NCBI RefSeq assembly: GCF_006345805.1
Contig: NC_042999.1
Location: 83,080,001-83,144,000 of the forward strand
From: Octopus sinensis
Lineage: Eukaryota
DNA length: 64,000 bases
Direction of reading: 5' to 3'
Both the position numbers and the translations under genes were made by a program. A model generated the notes under the pieces. The model searched no databases, was not told where the DNA came from, and worked only from the letters and a program-made list of their open reading frames with translations. This document shows positions 1-9,816 of this stretch, in pieces. How positions within the stretch are numbered: the stretch's first letter is position 1; each line of letters starts with the position of its first letter.

Positions 1-50
1 AGTTGGGATATTTCGGTTGGAGATGGCCAGTTTAAATGCTAAAGAGTTAA
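1..50 (+). mobile_element. Right end of a piggyBac-like MITE (family P2)
   Basis: Ends ...TTTAAATGCTAAAGAG followed by TTAA (47-50); homologous to the end of the copy at 38666-38885. Confidence 0.6.
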
Positions 51-100
51 AGAGCACAGTGATTTATATAAGTATAAATATAGTTTAAAAGAAGGGATTG

Positions 101-172
101 TCATGGTTGAGCTATCTTTCATCATAGGTCTACTCAGTTAGGGCTGACTGACCTGGGGTTAAATAACAATAA
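101..172 (+). mobile_element. Short retroposon 3' tail (family F) ending in degenerate (AAC)n
   Basis: ATCATAGGTCT...GACCTGGGGTTAAATAACAATAAC recurs at ~5880-5958 (+), ~5735-5795 (-) and ~46895-46960 (-). Confidence 0.5.
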
Positions 173-414
173 CACAGGCTGAGTAACTGAAGCATTTATG
201 AATTCCATTGTAAATGTCTCTGTGGTATTTCAATACATATGTGCCTGCCCTGAGTTCAGATCTTACCTGAGTTGAATTTGGCCTACCTGAGAAAGGGACA
301 GTGATGTTAATTAAAATATACACCTGTAATGTAATGGTATTCAGTTGAATTGGTCTGCATCTTTTTCTTACAAATATATTGGTTTTATGATAGTGTAAGA
401 AATCAATAATTAAC

Positions 415-814
415 GGAGTGGCTGTGTGGTAAGTAGCTTGCTAACCAACCACATGGTTCCGGGTTCAGTCCCACTGCGTGGCATCTTGGGCAAGTGTCTT
501 CTACTATAGCCTAGGGCCAACCAAAGCCTTGTGAGTGGATTTGGTAGACGGAAACTGAAAGAAGCCCGTCGTATATATGTATATATATATGTGTGCGTGT
601 ATGTCTGTGTGTCTGTGTTTGTCCTCCTAGCATTGCTTGACAACTGATGTTGGTGTGTTTACGTCCCCGTCACTTAGCGGTTTGGCAAAAGAGACCGATA
701 GAATAAGTCCTGGGCTTACAAAGAATAAGTTCCCGGGTCGATTTGCTCGACTAAAGGTGGTGCTCCAGCATGGCCGCAGTCAAATGACTGAAATAAGTAA
801 AAGAGAGTAAAGAG
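415..814 (+). mobile_element. tRNA-derived SINE family A, full length, with CORE-like segment and internal (TA)n(TG)n
   Basis: A-box-like TGGCTGTGTGGT and B-box-like GGTTCAGTCCC; then CATCTTGGGCAAGT (CACCTTGGGCAAGT in other copies), similar to the MIR/CORE ACCTTGGGCAAGT; GAGTAAA(A)GAG tail; near-identical copies at 1850, 6505 and 47356. Confidence 0.9.
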
Positions 815-1222
815 ACTTGACATAAAGCCACACGCTTAACTTAAAACAAAGACACTGAAAGGAAAAATGTTTATTCTGTTTGATGACGGCTGTTTCATAC
901 ATAACATCTCACAGTGAAGCAGAGCTTACTGTGAGCTCTCGCTGAGTGTTTGAATGTCTTTTCCTGTTATTATATGTTTAGGGATTCTGTTTTTCTATAT
1001 TGGATGAGTTGAATGGGGATTTTTGAGGCAGTATTTTATGATCAGAATACCTTCTTGATGCCAATCCTTTTAGATGTGTTTTAGAACAGGCAAGGCTATG
1101 GAATACTTATTACCCCCCCACCCCACACACCCCAAAAAAAACAAGTGAGACACGCTGATGTAGTACTATGTATCACAAACACACATGTATACACATGTAT
1201 TTATATTTATTTATATATATAT

Positions 1223-1254
<32 letters not shown>

Positions 1255-1849
1255 TTAATCAAAAAATGGAGAAAAAAGACAAGAAGAAAAAAAGCAATGC
1301 GAGGACATGCTACATGCAAAGTATTAATAAGACACTCAGAGAAGGTTGTTTTACATTATAAGCAAAGCTCTTTGGAAACAGGAGACATAGGAAAGTTCAA
1401 AAGAAAAGGAAGAAGGAGGAAAAAATTGCCACCAGTCCATGTATATATATTATACAATAACCTCAACCCATTACCAACAGTCATTATATCATCATGAGCG
1501 GAGAGAGCTTACATGTGGTGATGTTCTTTCCATAGCAACATGATTGCCCAAATGTAAGACACGACATTATGTATGAATGTATCTGATGTGACCCACACTG
1601 CAAAATTGATGCAGCACAGCATTCCACCTATAAAGAACACTTGCAGGCAGGATTGGATGAAACGGTTGTCGTACAAAATAAAGCGTTATACCAATTCCAT
1701 CTTTTGTTTACTTAATCGATTATTATCTCAACTAACACTGTGGAATTCCTGAAGTAGATCCAATGGAAATATACCCCAACTGCAGATGACACCAGGTAGC
1801 CTAAACTGTGCCAGTGCTTTACTCAACACATCAGCACACTAATTGATAT

Positions 1850-2249
1850 CTCTTTTACTCTCACTTTTACTTGTTTCAGTCATTTGACTGCGGCCATGCT
1901 GGAGCACCGCCTTTAATCAAGCAACTCGACCCCGGGACTTATTCTTTGTAAGCCCAGTACTTATTCTATCGGTGTCTTTTGCCGAACCACTAAGTGACGG
2001 GGACATAAACACACCAGCATCGGTTGTCAAGCAATGCTAGAGGGACAAACACAGACACACACACATACACATACATATATATATATACATATATACGACG
2101 GGCTTCTTTCAGTTTCCGTCTACCAAATCCACTCACAAGGCTTTGGTTGGCCCGAGGCTATAGTAGAAGACACTTGCCCAAGGTGCCATGCAGTCGACTG
2201 AACCCAGAACCATGTGGTTGGTAAACAAGCTACTTACCACACAGCCACT
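1850..2249 (-). mobile_element. SINE family A, full length
   Basis: Reverse complement aligns end to end with 415-814. Confidence 0.9.
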
Positions 2250-2592
2250 ATTACTTGATTAGTTTCCAAAGAACTGCCTGGGTCAGATTCCTTAATTAAG
2301 AGAAAGTTTAAGAGTTTTAAAGTTTCACTGGTCGCTGGAGTGTGAGAGTGTCTGAAGAAAGATATTCAAAAGACGATTTAATTGCTAGTCAACTCATTAT
2401 TTTAACTTCAGTCTCCTAATTTAACCACCACTTCAATTATGAGACAGATTGCGTGCAATCTACTTGCCTATTCTACATCAAATCACACCCTACCATCTTG
2501 AGAAAAAAAAAAAAAATCATCCAACCAACAAGGTAGTCTATGTATGTATGTATGTATGTATGTATGTATGTATATATGTGTGTGTGTGAATT

Positions 2593-2642
<50 letters not shown>

Positions 2643-2912
2643 TAAGAATTTTTTGCATAATGAGATAAAAAAACTAAGGCTGTATAGATATTAGAGCATT
2701 TATAGATGTTCTAATATATACAAAGCCTTGGTTTTTTTTTATGTCATTACCCAAAAAATTCTTATATAAACACGCTGACATATGACCAACGTTGAACCCC
2801 TTATTCGCAAAATCACCGAACCCGGAACTTAACTATGGTCTGTCTACAGCATTTATTCGGCATTACCTGACACCTTTGGGTCTGAATGACACCATTACCT
2901 CTTATAACCTCA

Positions 2913-2947
<35 letters not shown>

Positions 2948-2964
2948 ATATATATATATTTGTT

Positions 2965-3180
2965 GGTTATGACTATGAGGGTTCCAGTTGATCCAATCAG
3001 TGAAACAGTCTACTTGTGAAATTAACATGCGAGTGGCTGAGCACACCACAGAAACGTGCACCATTAACATAGTTCTCAGGGAGTTTCAGCTTGACACAGA
3101 ATTTGACAAGGCTGACCTTTTGAAATACAGGTACTGTTCACTTTTGCCAGCTGAACGGACTGAAGCAACATGAACTGAAC
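2965..3180 (-). mobile_element. SINE family E 3' body
   Basis: GTTGATCCAATCAGTGAAACAG...GAAATTAACATGCGAGTGGCTGAGCAC...GACAAGGCTGACC matches the reverse complement of 63840-64000. Confidence 0.75.
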
Positions 3181-3274
3181 TCATGACCTTGCAACTGAAT
3201 TATTGACTAAGCACACGCTTTCACAGTATATATATATGTGTGTATATATATATAAGATACCAAAACTACAGTGC

Positions 3275-3478
3275 CACATAAAAGGTGTTGGTGATAGTGC
3301 CACATAAAAAGCACCCACTACACTCTGTAAAGTGGTTGGCATTATTAGGAAGGGCATCTAGCTTTAGAAACCCGGCCAATACACCATGGAACTTGGTGAA
3401 GGCCCTGGCCTTGCCAGCTCCTGTCAAGCCATCCAACCCATGCCAGCATAGAAAATGGACATTGAAGGATAATGGTTA
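3275..3478 (+). mobile_element. RTE 3'-UTR fragment (family C)
   Basis: AAAAAGCACCCACTACACTC...AGGAAGGGCATC...CCAACCCATGCCAGCAT matches the 3' end of the LINE at 19211-20424. Confidence 0.8.
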
Positions 3479-3489
3479 TATGTATATAT

Positions 3490-3650
3490 GTATATTCAGT
3501 TGGTGGGCTTCATTCAGTTTCTGTCAGTTATCAAATTCACTCATAAGGCTCACCCCAGGGCCATAGTAGAAGGTTCCTGCTTAAAGTGCCATGCTTTGGG
3601 ACTGAACCCAAAACCATGTGGTTGGGAAGCAGACTTTATAATCACATAGT
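3490..3650 (-). mobile_element. SINE family A 5' half
   Basis: Diverged head plus CORE-like segment, ending at a (TA)n tract. Confidence 0.7.
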
Positions 3651-3883
3651 CATTGTTACGCACACACACGCGCGTGCGCACGAAGTACTTATGTATGCAT
3701 ATGCTCTCAGTCTGTACTCTCTAACATGAATAGAGTTCTCTCATTTGTTGAATAAACATCCTTTAAATACTCTATTACTTATTCTCTCTCTCTCACTATA
3801 CACATATAAGGCACAATGTGTATATATTTAAAGAACATCACCAGCATGAAAGACAATTACCCAAGTGAAGAAATGCATTTATA

Positions 3884-3932
3884 TATATATATACAAGCAT
3901 ATATAATGTGTGTTCTATATATTTTGTATGTG

Positions 3933-3969
<37 letters not shown>

Positions 3970-4115
3970 CAAGCATATATAATGTGTGTTCTATATATTT
4001 CGTATGTGTTATATATATATACAAGCATATATAATGTGTGTTCTATATATTCGTATGTGTTATATATATATATATACAAGCATATATAATGTGTGTTCTA
4101 TATATTTTGTATGTG

Positions 4116-4162
<47 letters not shown>

Positions 4163-4199
4163 AGCATATATAATGTGTGTTCTATATATTTCGTATGTG

Positions 4200-4235
<36 letters not shown>
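3884..4235. repeat. Minisatellite: 5 x ~40-bp unit separated by variable (TA)n
   Basis: CAAGCATATATAATGTGTGTTCTATATATT(T)(T/C)GTATGTGT at about 3894, 3970, 4023, 4077 and 4161. Confidence 0.95.
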
Positions 4236-4238
<3 letters not shown>

Positions 4239-4814
4239 TTGTAGGTATGTATGTGTGTGTGTGTGTGCACGGACACATACACACACTATGTACACATTTC
4301 TGCTTATTAATTCTTATTGTCTGTTTATTCTTTATTTTTCCATAAACTCTCAATGGAACATCTGCCCATCTCTCTCTTTCCTCTCCTCGCCTCTCCTTCT
4401 CTATCTTCTTCTTTCTCTTCCACCCTTCAGGATATATGGGAATGTCCCAATTTCTATATATCGTTAAGTTAGTCACTTGAGATTAATTCTATGAAATATT
4501 AATGAGACATTGCAGAAACATGGACAGCAACAACAACAACAGCAGCAAACCTCAACACTTTCATATTAACAATCATATGCGAAGCTATTCCAAATGGGAT
4601 TCAAAAAACCTAACTGCTGTTATTTTTGTTGCTGTTGTTGTTGTTGTCATTTCTCCTCTTCTTATTATTATTGTTATTGTAATGAAGGCGTTTGATGGCA
4701 ATGACAGAGTTTAGCAGAGAGCCAGTCAAAACATGCCATTCTGTCTATTTCATGTGCTATGTTCAAATCCTCTCACAGTCAACTTAATTTTTCTCAGGAA
4801 ATTGTAGTTGTGAT

Positions 4815-5017
4815 ACCTGTGCCAGTGGCACGTAAAAAGCACCATCCGAACATGGCTGATGCCAGCGCCACCTTGACTGGCTTCTGTACTGGTGGCACAT
4901 AAAAAGCACCCACTACACTCATGGGAATGGTTGGCGTTAGGAATCGCATCCAGCTGTGGAAACACTGCCAGATCAAACTGGAGCCTGTTGCAGCCTCCTG
5001 GCGATGATGATGATGAT
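4815..5017 (+). mobile_element. RTE 3'-UTR fragment (family C) followed by (GAT)n
   Basis: Two GTGCCAGTGGCACGTAAAAAGCACC-type units, then the AGGAATCGCATCCAGCTG body and a GAT run. Confidence 0.8.
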
Positions 5018-5575
5018 TGTTAAAGAAGCATGTCCCTTGCATCCCTCTCTTGTTGAGTGTTCCTAATCTTATGGACTTGTGGGTGTTGGTGCCATGTAAA
5101 AAGCACCTGTACCGGTGCCGCATAAATGCACCTGTGCCAGCATTGCATAAAAAGCACCCAGTACACTATAAAGTGTTTGGCATTAGGAAGGGCTTCCAGC
5201 TGTAGAATTACAAAGCTTTGGTCATCGCAAGACTATATTAGAAGACGCCTGCCCAAGGTGCCACACTAGGACTGAAACCAGAACCTTGTGGTTGGGAAAC
5301 AAGCCTCTTACCATCTTTATGTTCTGAGTTCAAATTTCTCCTAGGTTGACTATGCCTTTCATGTTTTCAGAGTTGATGAAATAAGCACCAGTTGAGCACT
5401 GGGATTGATATAATCAACTAGCTCCCTTTCCCAAAATTTCAAGGTAATGTTATGTGAAGCATGTTATACAATATTTAGTTTTGTATCATCACAATTTTGT
5501 ATCCATGTTTAACGTAGATAATGGTTTAGAAAAACAGAAATGGTAAATAAAAACCAGACTAGATGCCTAGCTTAC

Positions 5576-5620
5576 CACTCATGAACTACAGAATCAACGA
5601 CACCCATCTTCTGCTTGTGC
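5576..5620 (-). other. Candidate 45-nt exon (unverified)
   Basis: Minus-strand acceptor CATTTTGTCTCCTCACATAG and donor GTG|GTAAGC; only one open frame, HKQKMGVVDSVVHE (phase 2-2); no protein family recognised. Confidence 0.25.
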
Positions 5621-6504
5621 CTATGTGAGGAGACAAAATGAGGGTGATAATAATAATGGTATTAGAATTGTATCTTAGAGGAAAATCCTTGGATTACACC
5701 CTGATACAAGCTTTGATCTTACTGTTCAGCTCAAGATAAACTCTGATTGGGCAGACCTATGATCAGGATCATTCTGGCTGTGACCATCCTATCTTTTGTT
5801 TTTTTTCAGTTAAGATTAGCTGTCAGATTTCCCTCAATCTACAGCTCACTTTAGTCCTGTAGACACTGCTTATGAAAAATAACTGGATGGTCATGGCTTA
5901 AATGTCTTTGACCATGGGTCTGTTTGGTCAAAGTTAACCTGGAGATAAATACCAACATCTACTATATACTGTACATCTTGCAATGAAAACTTTTATAGTG
6001 TCCTCAAATGCTAGGTACAACATTGGTCAACGAGATGGTGATAGACATCCAATGGCCGTAATGAAACCACGGCTATATTTCAAAAGTTGACCTTCTCCTC
6101 CAGAATCAGAAAATGTTTCATCTCTAAGCATTTGCTAACATCTCACTTTACAATTGGATTTCTACTCACATATCAGGAACAGTGCAGCTGTGATCTTCAT
6201 GCAGATGTTTTAGATCACTTGAACAAATGTCCAGCAATTTGCTTGCTATAAACATTAACTTTTCTTTCATTATGTGTTTTAGTCCTTAGCCACAAACTAT
6301 CATATTTTCTGGCATGCAAGTTATTGTAAATGGTGTAAACATTCAAACATTGGCACTATCTTTCGAAAGCCCGCTGTATTCCGCATGGAATTTTTGGTCC
6401 TTCAAATTGTCTTGTTATATTTTGGAATGGTCATTTTGCCAGTTTAGCCAATAAACCTTGGCCTTGAACCATTGGTTTTTCAGAAAGAAAAAAAACCTTG
6501 TGTA

Positions 6505-6918
6505 GGAGTGGCTGTGTGGTAAGTAGCTTGCTTACCAACCACATGGTTCCAGGTTCAGTCCCACTGCGTGGCACCTTGGGCAAGTGTCTTCTACTATAGC
6601 CGCGGTCCGACCAAAGCTTTGTGAGTGGATTTGGTAGACGGAAACTGAAAGAAGCCCATCATATATATATATATTTATATATATCTGTGTATGTATATGT
6701 TTGTATGTGTCTGCGTTTGTGCCCCCAACATCGCTTGACAACTGATGCTGGTGTGTTTACATCCCCGTCACTTAACGGTTTGGTAAGAGAGACCGACAGA
6801 ATAAGTACTAGGCTTACAAAGAATAAGTCCTGGGGTCGATTTGCTTGACGAAAGGTGGTGCTCCAGCATGGCCACAGTCAAATGACTGAAACAAATAAAA
6901 GAGTAAAGAGGAAAAGAG
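6505..6918 (+). mobile_element. SINE family A, full length
   Basis: Aligns end to end with 415-814. Confidence 0.9.
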
Positions 6919-6924
6919 TATCAT

Positions 6925-7105
6925 ATTAATGTCTACTTTTCCATGCTTGCATGGGTTGGATGGAGTTTGAAATAGATTTTCTGTGTTCAGATGCCCGTCC
7001 TGTCACCAACCCCCATTTCTTTCAAAGTAAGGTAATATTTCCTTATTGCCAGACTTGTTTTTGCAGAATATTGGAAATGAATGACACTGCTTGTATATTA
7101 TCAGT
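6925..7105 (-). mobile_element. Family C-related retroposon variant with the same 3' tail
   Basis: TTTCCATGCTTGCATGGGTTGG tail plus the CACCAACCC...TAAGGTAATATTTCC body, also seen at ~20650-20770, ~35900-36070, ~37640-37740 and ~38910-39050. Confidence 0.6.
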
Positions 7106-7383
7106 GATGCTCATTTACAACTATCACACAAAATGAAGACTAGGAGAGAGAGAGAGAGAGAGAGGCAGGCACACACACACCTGGCTTCTTCAGGTTCTGC
7201 CTATGAAATCTATTCAGAGGGTTTTGGTTGGTTAGAACTGAACCTGAAGCCATATGGTTGGGAAGCAAACTACTCAACTGTACAAGAATTCCTGCACCTC
7301 AAGACAAAAAAAAAGTGAAACCCAAAAAACATTAAAATTATTGCTGAGAAATTTTTTTGTTATCTGTTATTCTCTCTCTAAAT

Positions 7384-7610
7384 CAGTGGTTCTCCACCAT
7401 TTTTTTTATTCATGAACCCATACAATTCCTATTTTACTCGGGTGGACTCTCACAACCAATTGATGTTTAAAAAAATCCAACAATATTTTTGTAATTTAAT
7501 ATCGTTAGGAATTATAAAAATATCGCTCGTATATTGCAGAAGTACAACCAATTTATTGCAGATAAATTCTAACCACAAAATCTTACATGGACTGTTGTTA
7601 AAAACCACTG
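7384..7610. mobile_element. hAT (Charlie-like) MITE, 227 bp
   Basis: TIRs CAGTGGTTCTCCAC / GTTAAAAACCACTG; perfect 8-bp TSD CTCTAAAT at 7376-7383 and 7611-7618. Confidence 0.85.
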
Positions 7611-8419
7611 CTCTAAATTGCATATTGTGGAAGCTTAACTCTTTGAAACTGGAACCAAGCACTAATCTAAACTTTGGCCTTGAACCATTATTTTGAAATT
7701 TTAATGCGCATAAAGCCAGATAGAGTCACTTGTTTTGTTGGGTTATATCGTACTTAGTTTTCAGTTTGGTTATTTTATTTAATTAAAAAATTTTTTTTTT
7801 GTTAATTTTTATTTATTTTTAAACACCGAATCTTATTAAATTGCAAAATAAAATCTCGGGGAAATTTAAATTGCCAATAACACAAGGGAAAGACGAAAAT
7901 GAGGTAACTGGTTTTGGTTTATTTTTTTTGCACAAGACAGGGAGAAAGAGCGAAGGATCATGGGGAGGAGTGGAGAATCATGGGAGGAGTTTATGATAAA
8001 CACAACAATAACAACAACAACAACAGCAGCAACAACTACAATGACAATACTAATAATAACAATGATGACGATTCCAATAATAATGATAATAATAAATGCT
8101 ATGATTATGATGATAAGGATAATGAGGATGCTGTAGATTTCGGGAAAGCAGGGCTGGAAGACTTTGAAATCAATATTTCTTTGTAACAGGATAGGAGATT
8201 GAACTTAAATCAATTTATGTGTGTAAGAAGATTTATTTAAATTAGAAGAGAAGAAGTAGAGGGAGAGGAAGGGTAGAGAGAGAGAGAGAGAGAGAGAGAG
8301 ACGGTGGCATGGGTGGGGTGGGGGGAGAGAGTGTATGTGGACTTATGCATGTGTGCTTGTGTGTAACTGTATGAGGACTAATAGGATAGAAGGCATACTC
8401 CATGAAAATACATTCACTT

Positions 8420-8452
<33 letters not shown>

Positions 8453-9060
8453 CGTGCTCTCTCTCTCTCTCTCTCTCTCGTGTGCACACGCATATATACG
8501 CTATGTTTTTAAGCTAGACTTAAATACATATAAATTCTCATACACCTGTGTGTATGTGTTTGTGAGCGTGCATATAGATGTATGTGTGTATGTACTTATA
8601 TGCATATATACATATGACTATGGGTATATTATGCAACATATATTTGCATGTATTCTATAAGCGCCTCATGCATACATACATACATACATACATACATATA
8701 CACAGACACACACACACACACACAAATACAGATACATATAATCATCATATAGAAAGAAGGTAAAACATGAAATGCAAAAAAAAATTATTTCTCTGTGAAA
8801 TTGATTTACCGTTTTCTTCACAAAAGAAATATTATTGATTTTTAAGTCCGTTCGTTGTTCCCTTTTAACAAAAAAATTTAAAAACCATAAAAAATAAAAC
8901 TATATATTAAATATCTTGCTCTTGCTTTCCTTCTCCTATCATCATCATCATCATTATCATCATCATCATCATCATTGTCAATGTAACAAATGCTGTTGGT
9001 GGTAGTGTATTCTTCGTATTGCTATTATTATCATCATCATCATCATATCATTATTAATGC

Positions 9061-9094
<34 letters not shown>

Positions 9095-9138
9095 GTTGCA
9101 ATTTATTCTCCCGTCCAGTCCCTCTCCTATTATGGTTG

Positions 9139-9173
<35 letters not shown>

Positions 9174-9491
9174 TTTTTTTTTTCCTCCAGCTTCTGTCCT
9201 GATGTGAGTGTTAAAAATAAGATGAAAAACAGGTTTCATAACAAACACTGATTCCCCACCTCATAACATCTAGAGATGTTGTTATTGTTGCTGTAGTTAT
9301 TTTATTATTGTGGTAGGCACAGATACACACACATACACTAGGTATGCACACACACACACTAGGTATGCACACATATATATATATATATATATACATATGT
9401 GAGTGTATTATGTATATATATATATATATATATAAATGAAAACACATGCACACAATAGGTATGCATATATATGTGTGCGTATGTGTATATA

Positions 9492-9533
<42 letters not shown>

Positions 9534-9567
9534 ATGTGTGTGTATATATATATGTATGTATAATGTA

Positions 9568-9606
<39 letters not shown>

Positions 9607-9631
9607 ACATATACTCAGACAATAGGTATGC

Positions 9632-9652
<21 letters not shown>

Positions 9653-9664
<12 letters not shown>

Positions 9665-9785
9665 CATAAACACGTCAGTGCACACACACATACTACATAT
9701 TTTCATTTATGTTTTGTTTACTTATCTTCAGATTTGCTTTTTCTAATAATGTTGAAACTTGAAGAAACCACAGTCACACACACAC

Positions 9786-9816
<31 letters not shown>

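Noticed and set aside
415-490. tRNA genes at SINE heads (also 49139, 35150-35226)
   Set aside because: A/B boxes are present but there is no complete cloverleaf, and each continues into a SINE body.
909-934. Hairpin TCACAGT...ACTGTGA resembling a miR-128/27 seed
   Set aside because: Only ~26 nt; far too short for a pre-miRNA; chance level.
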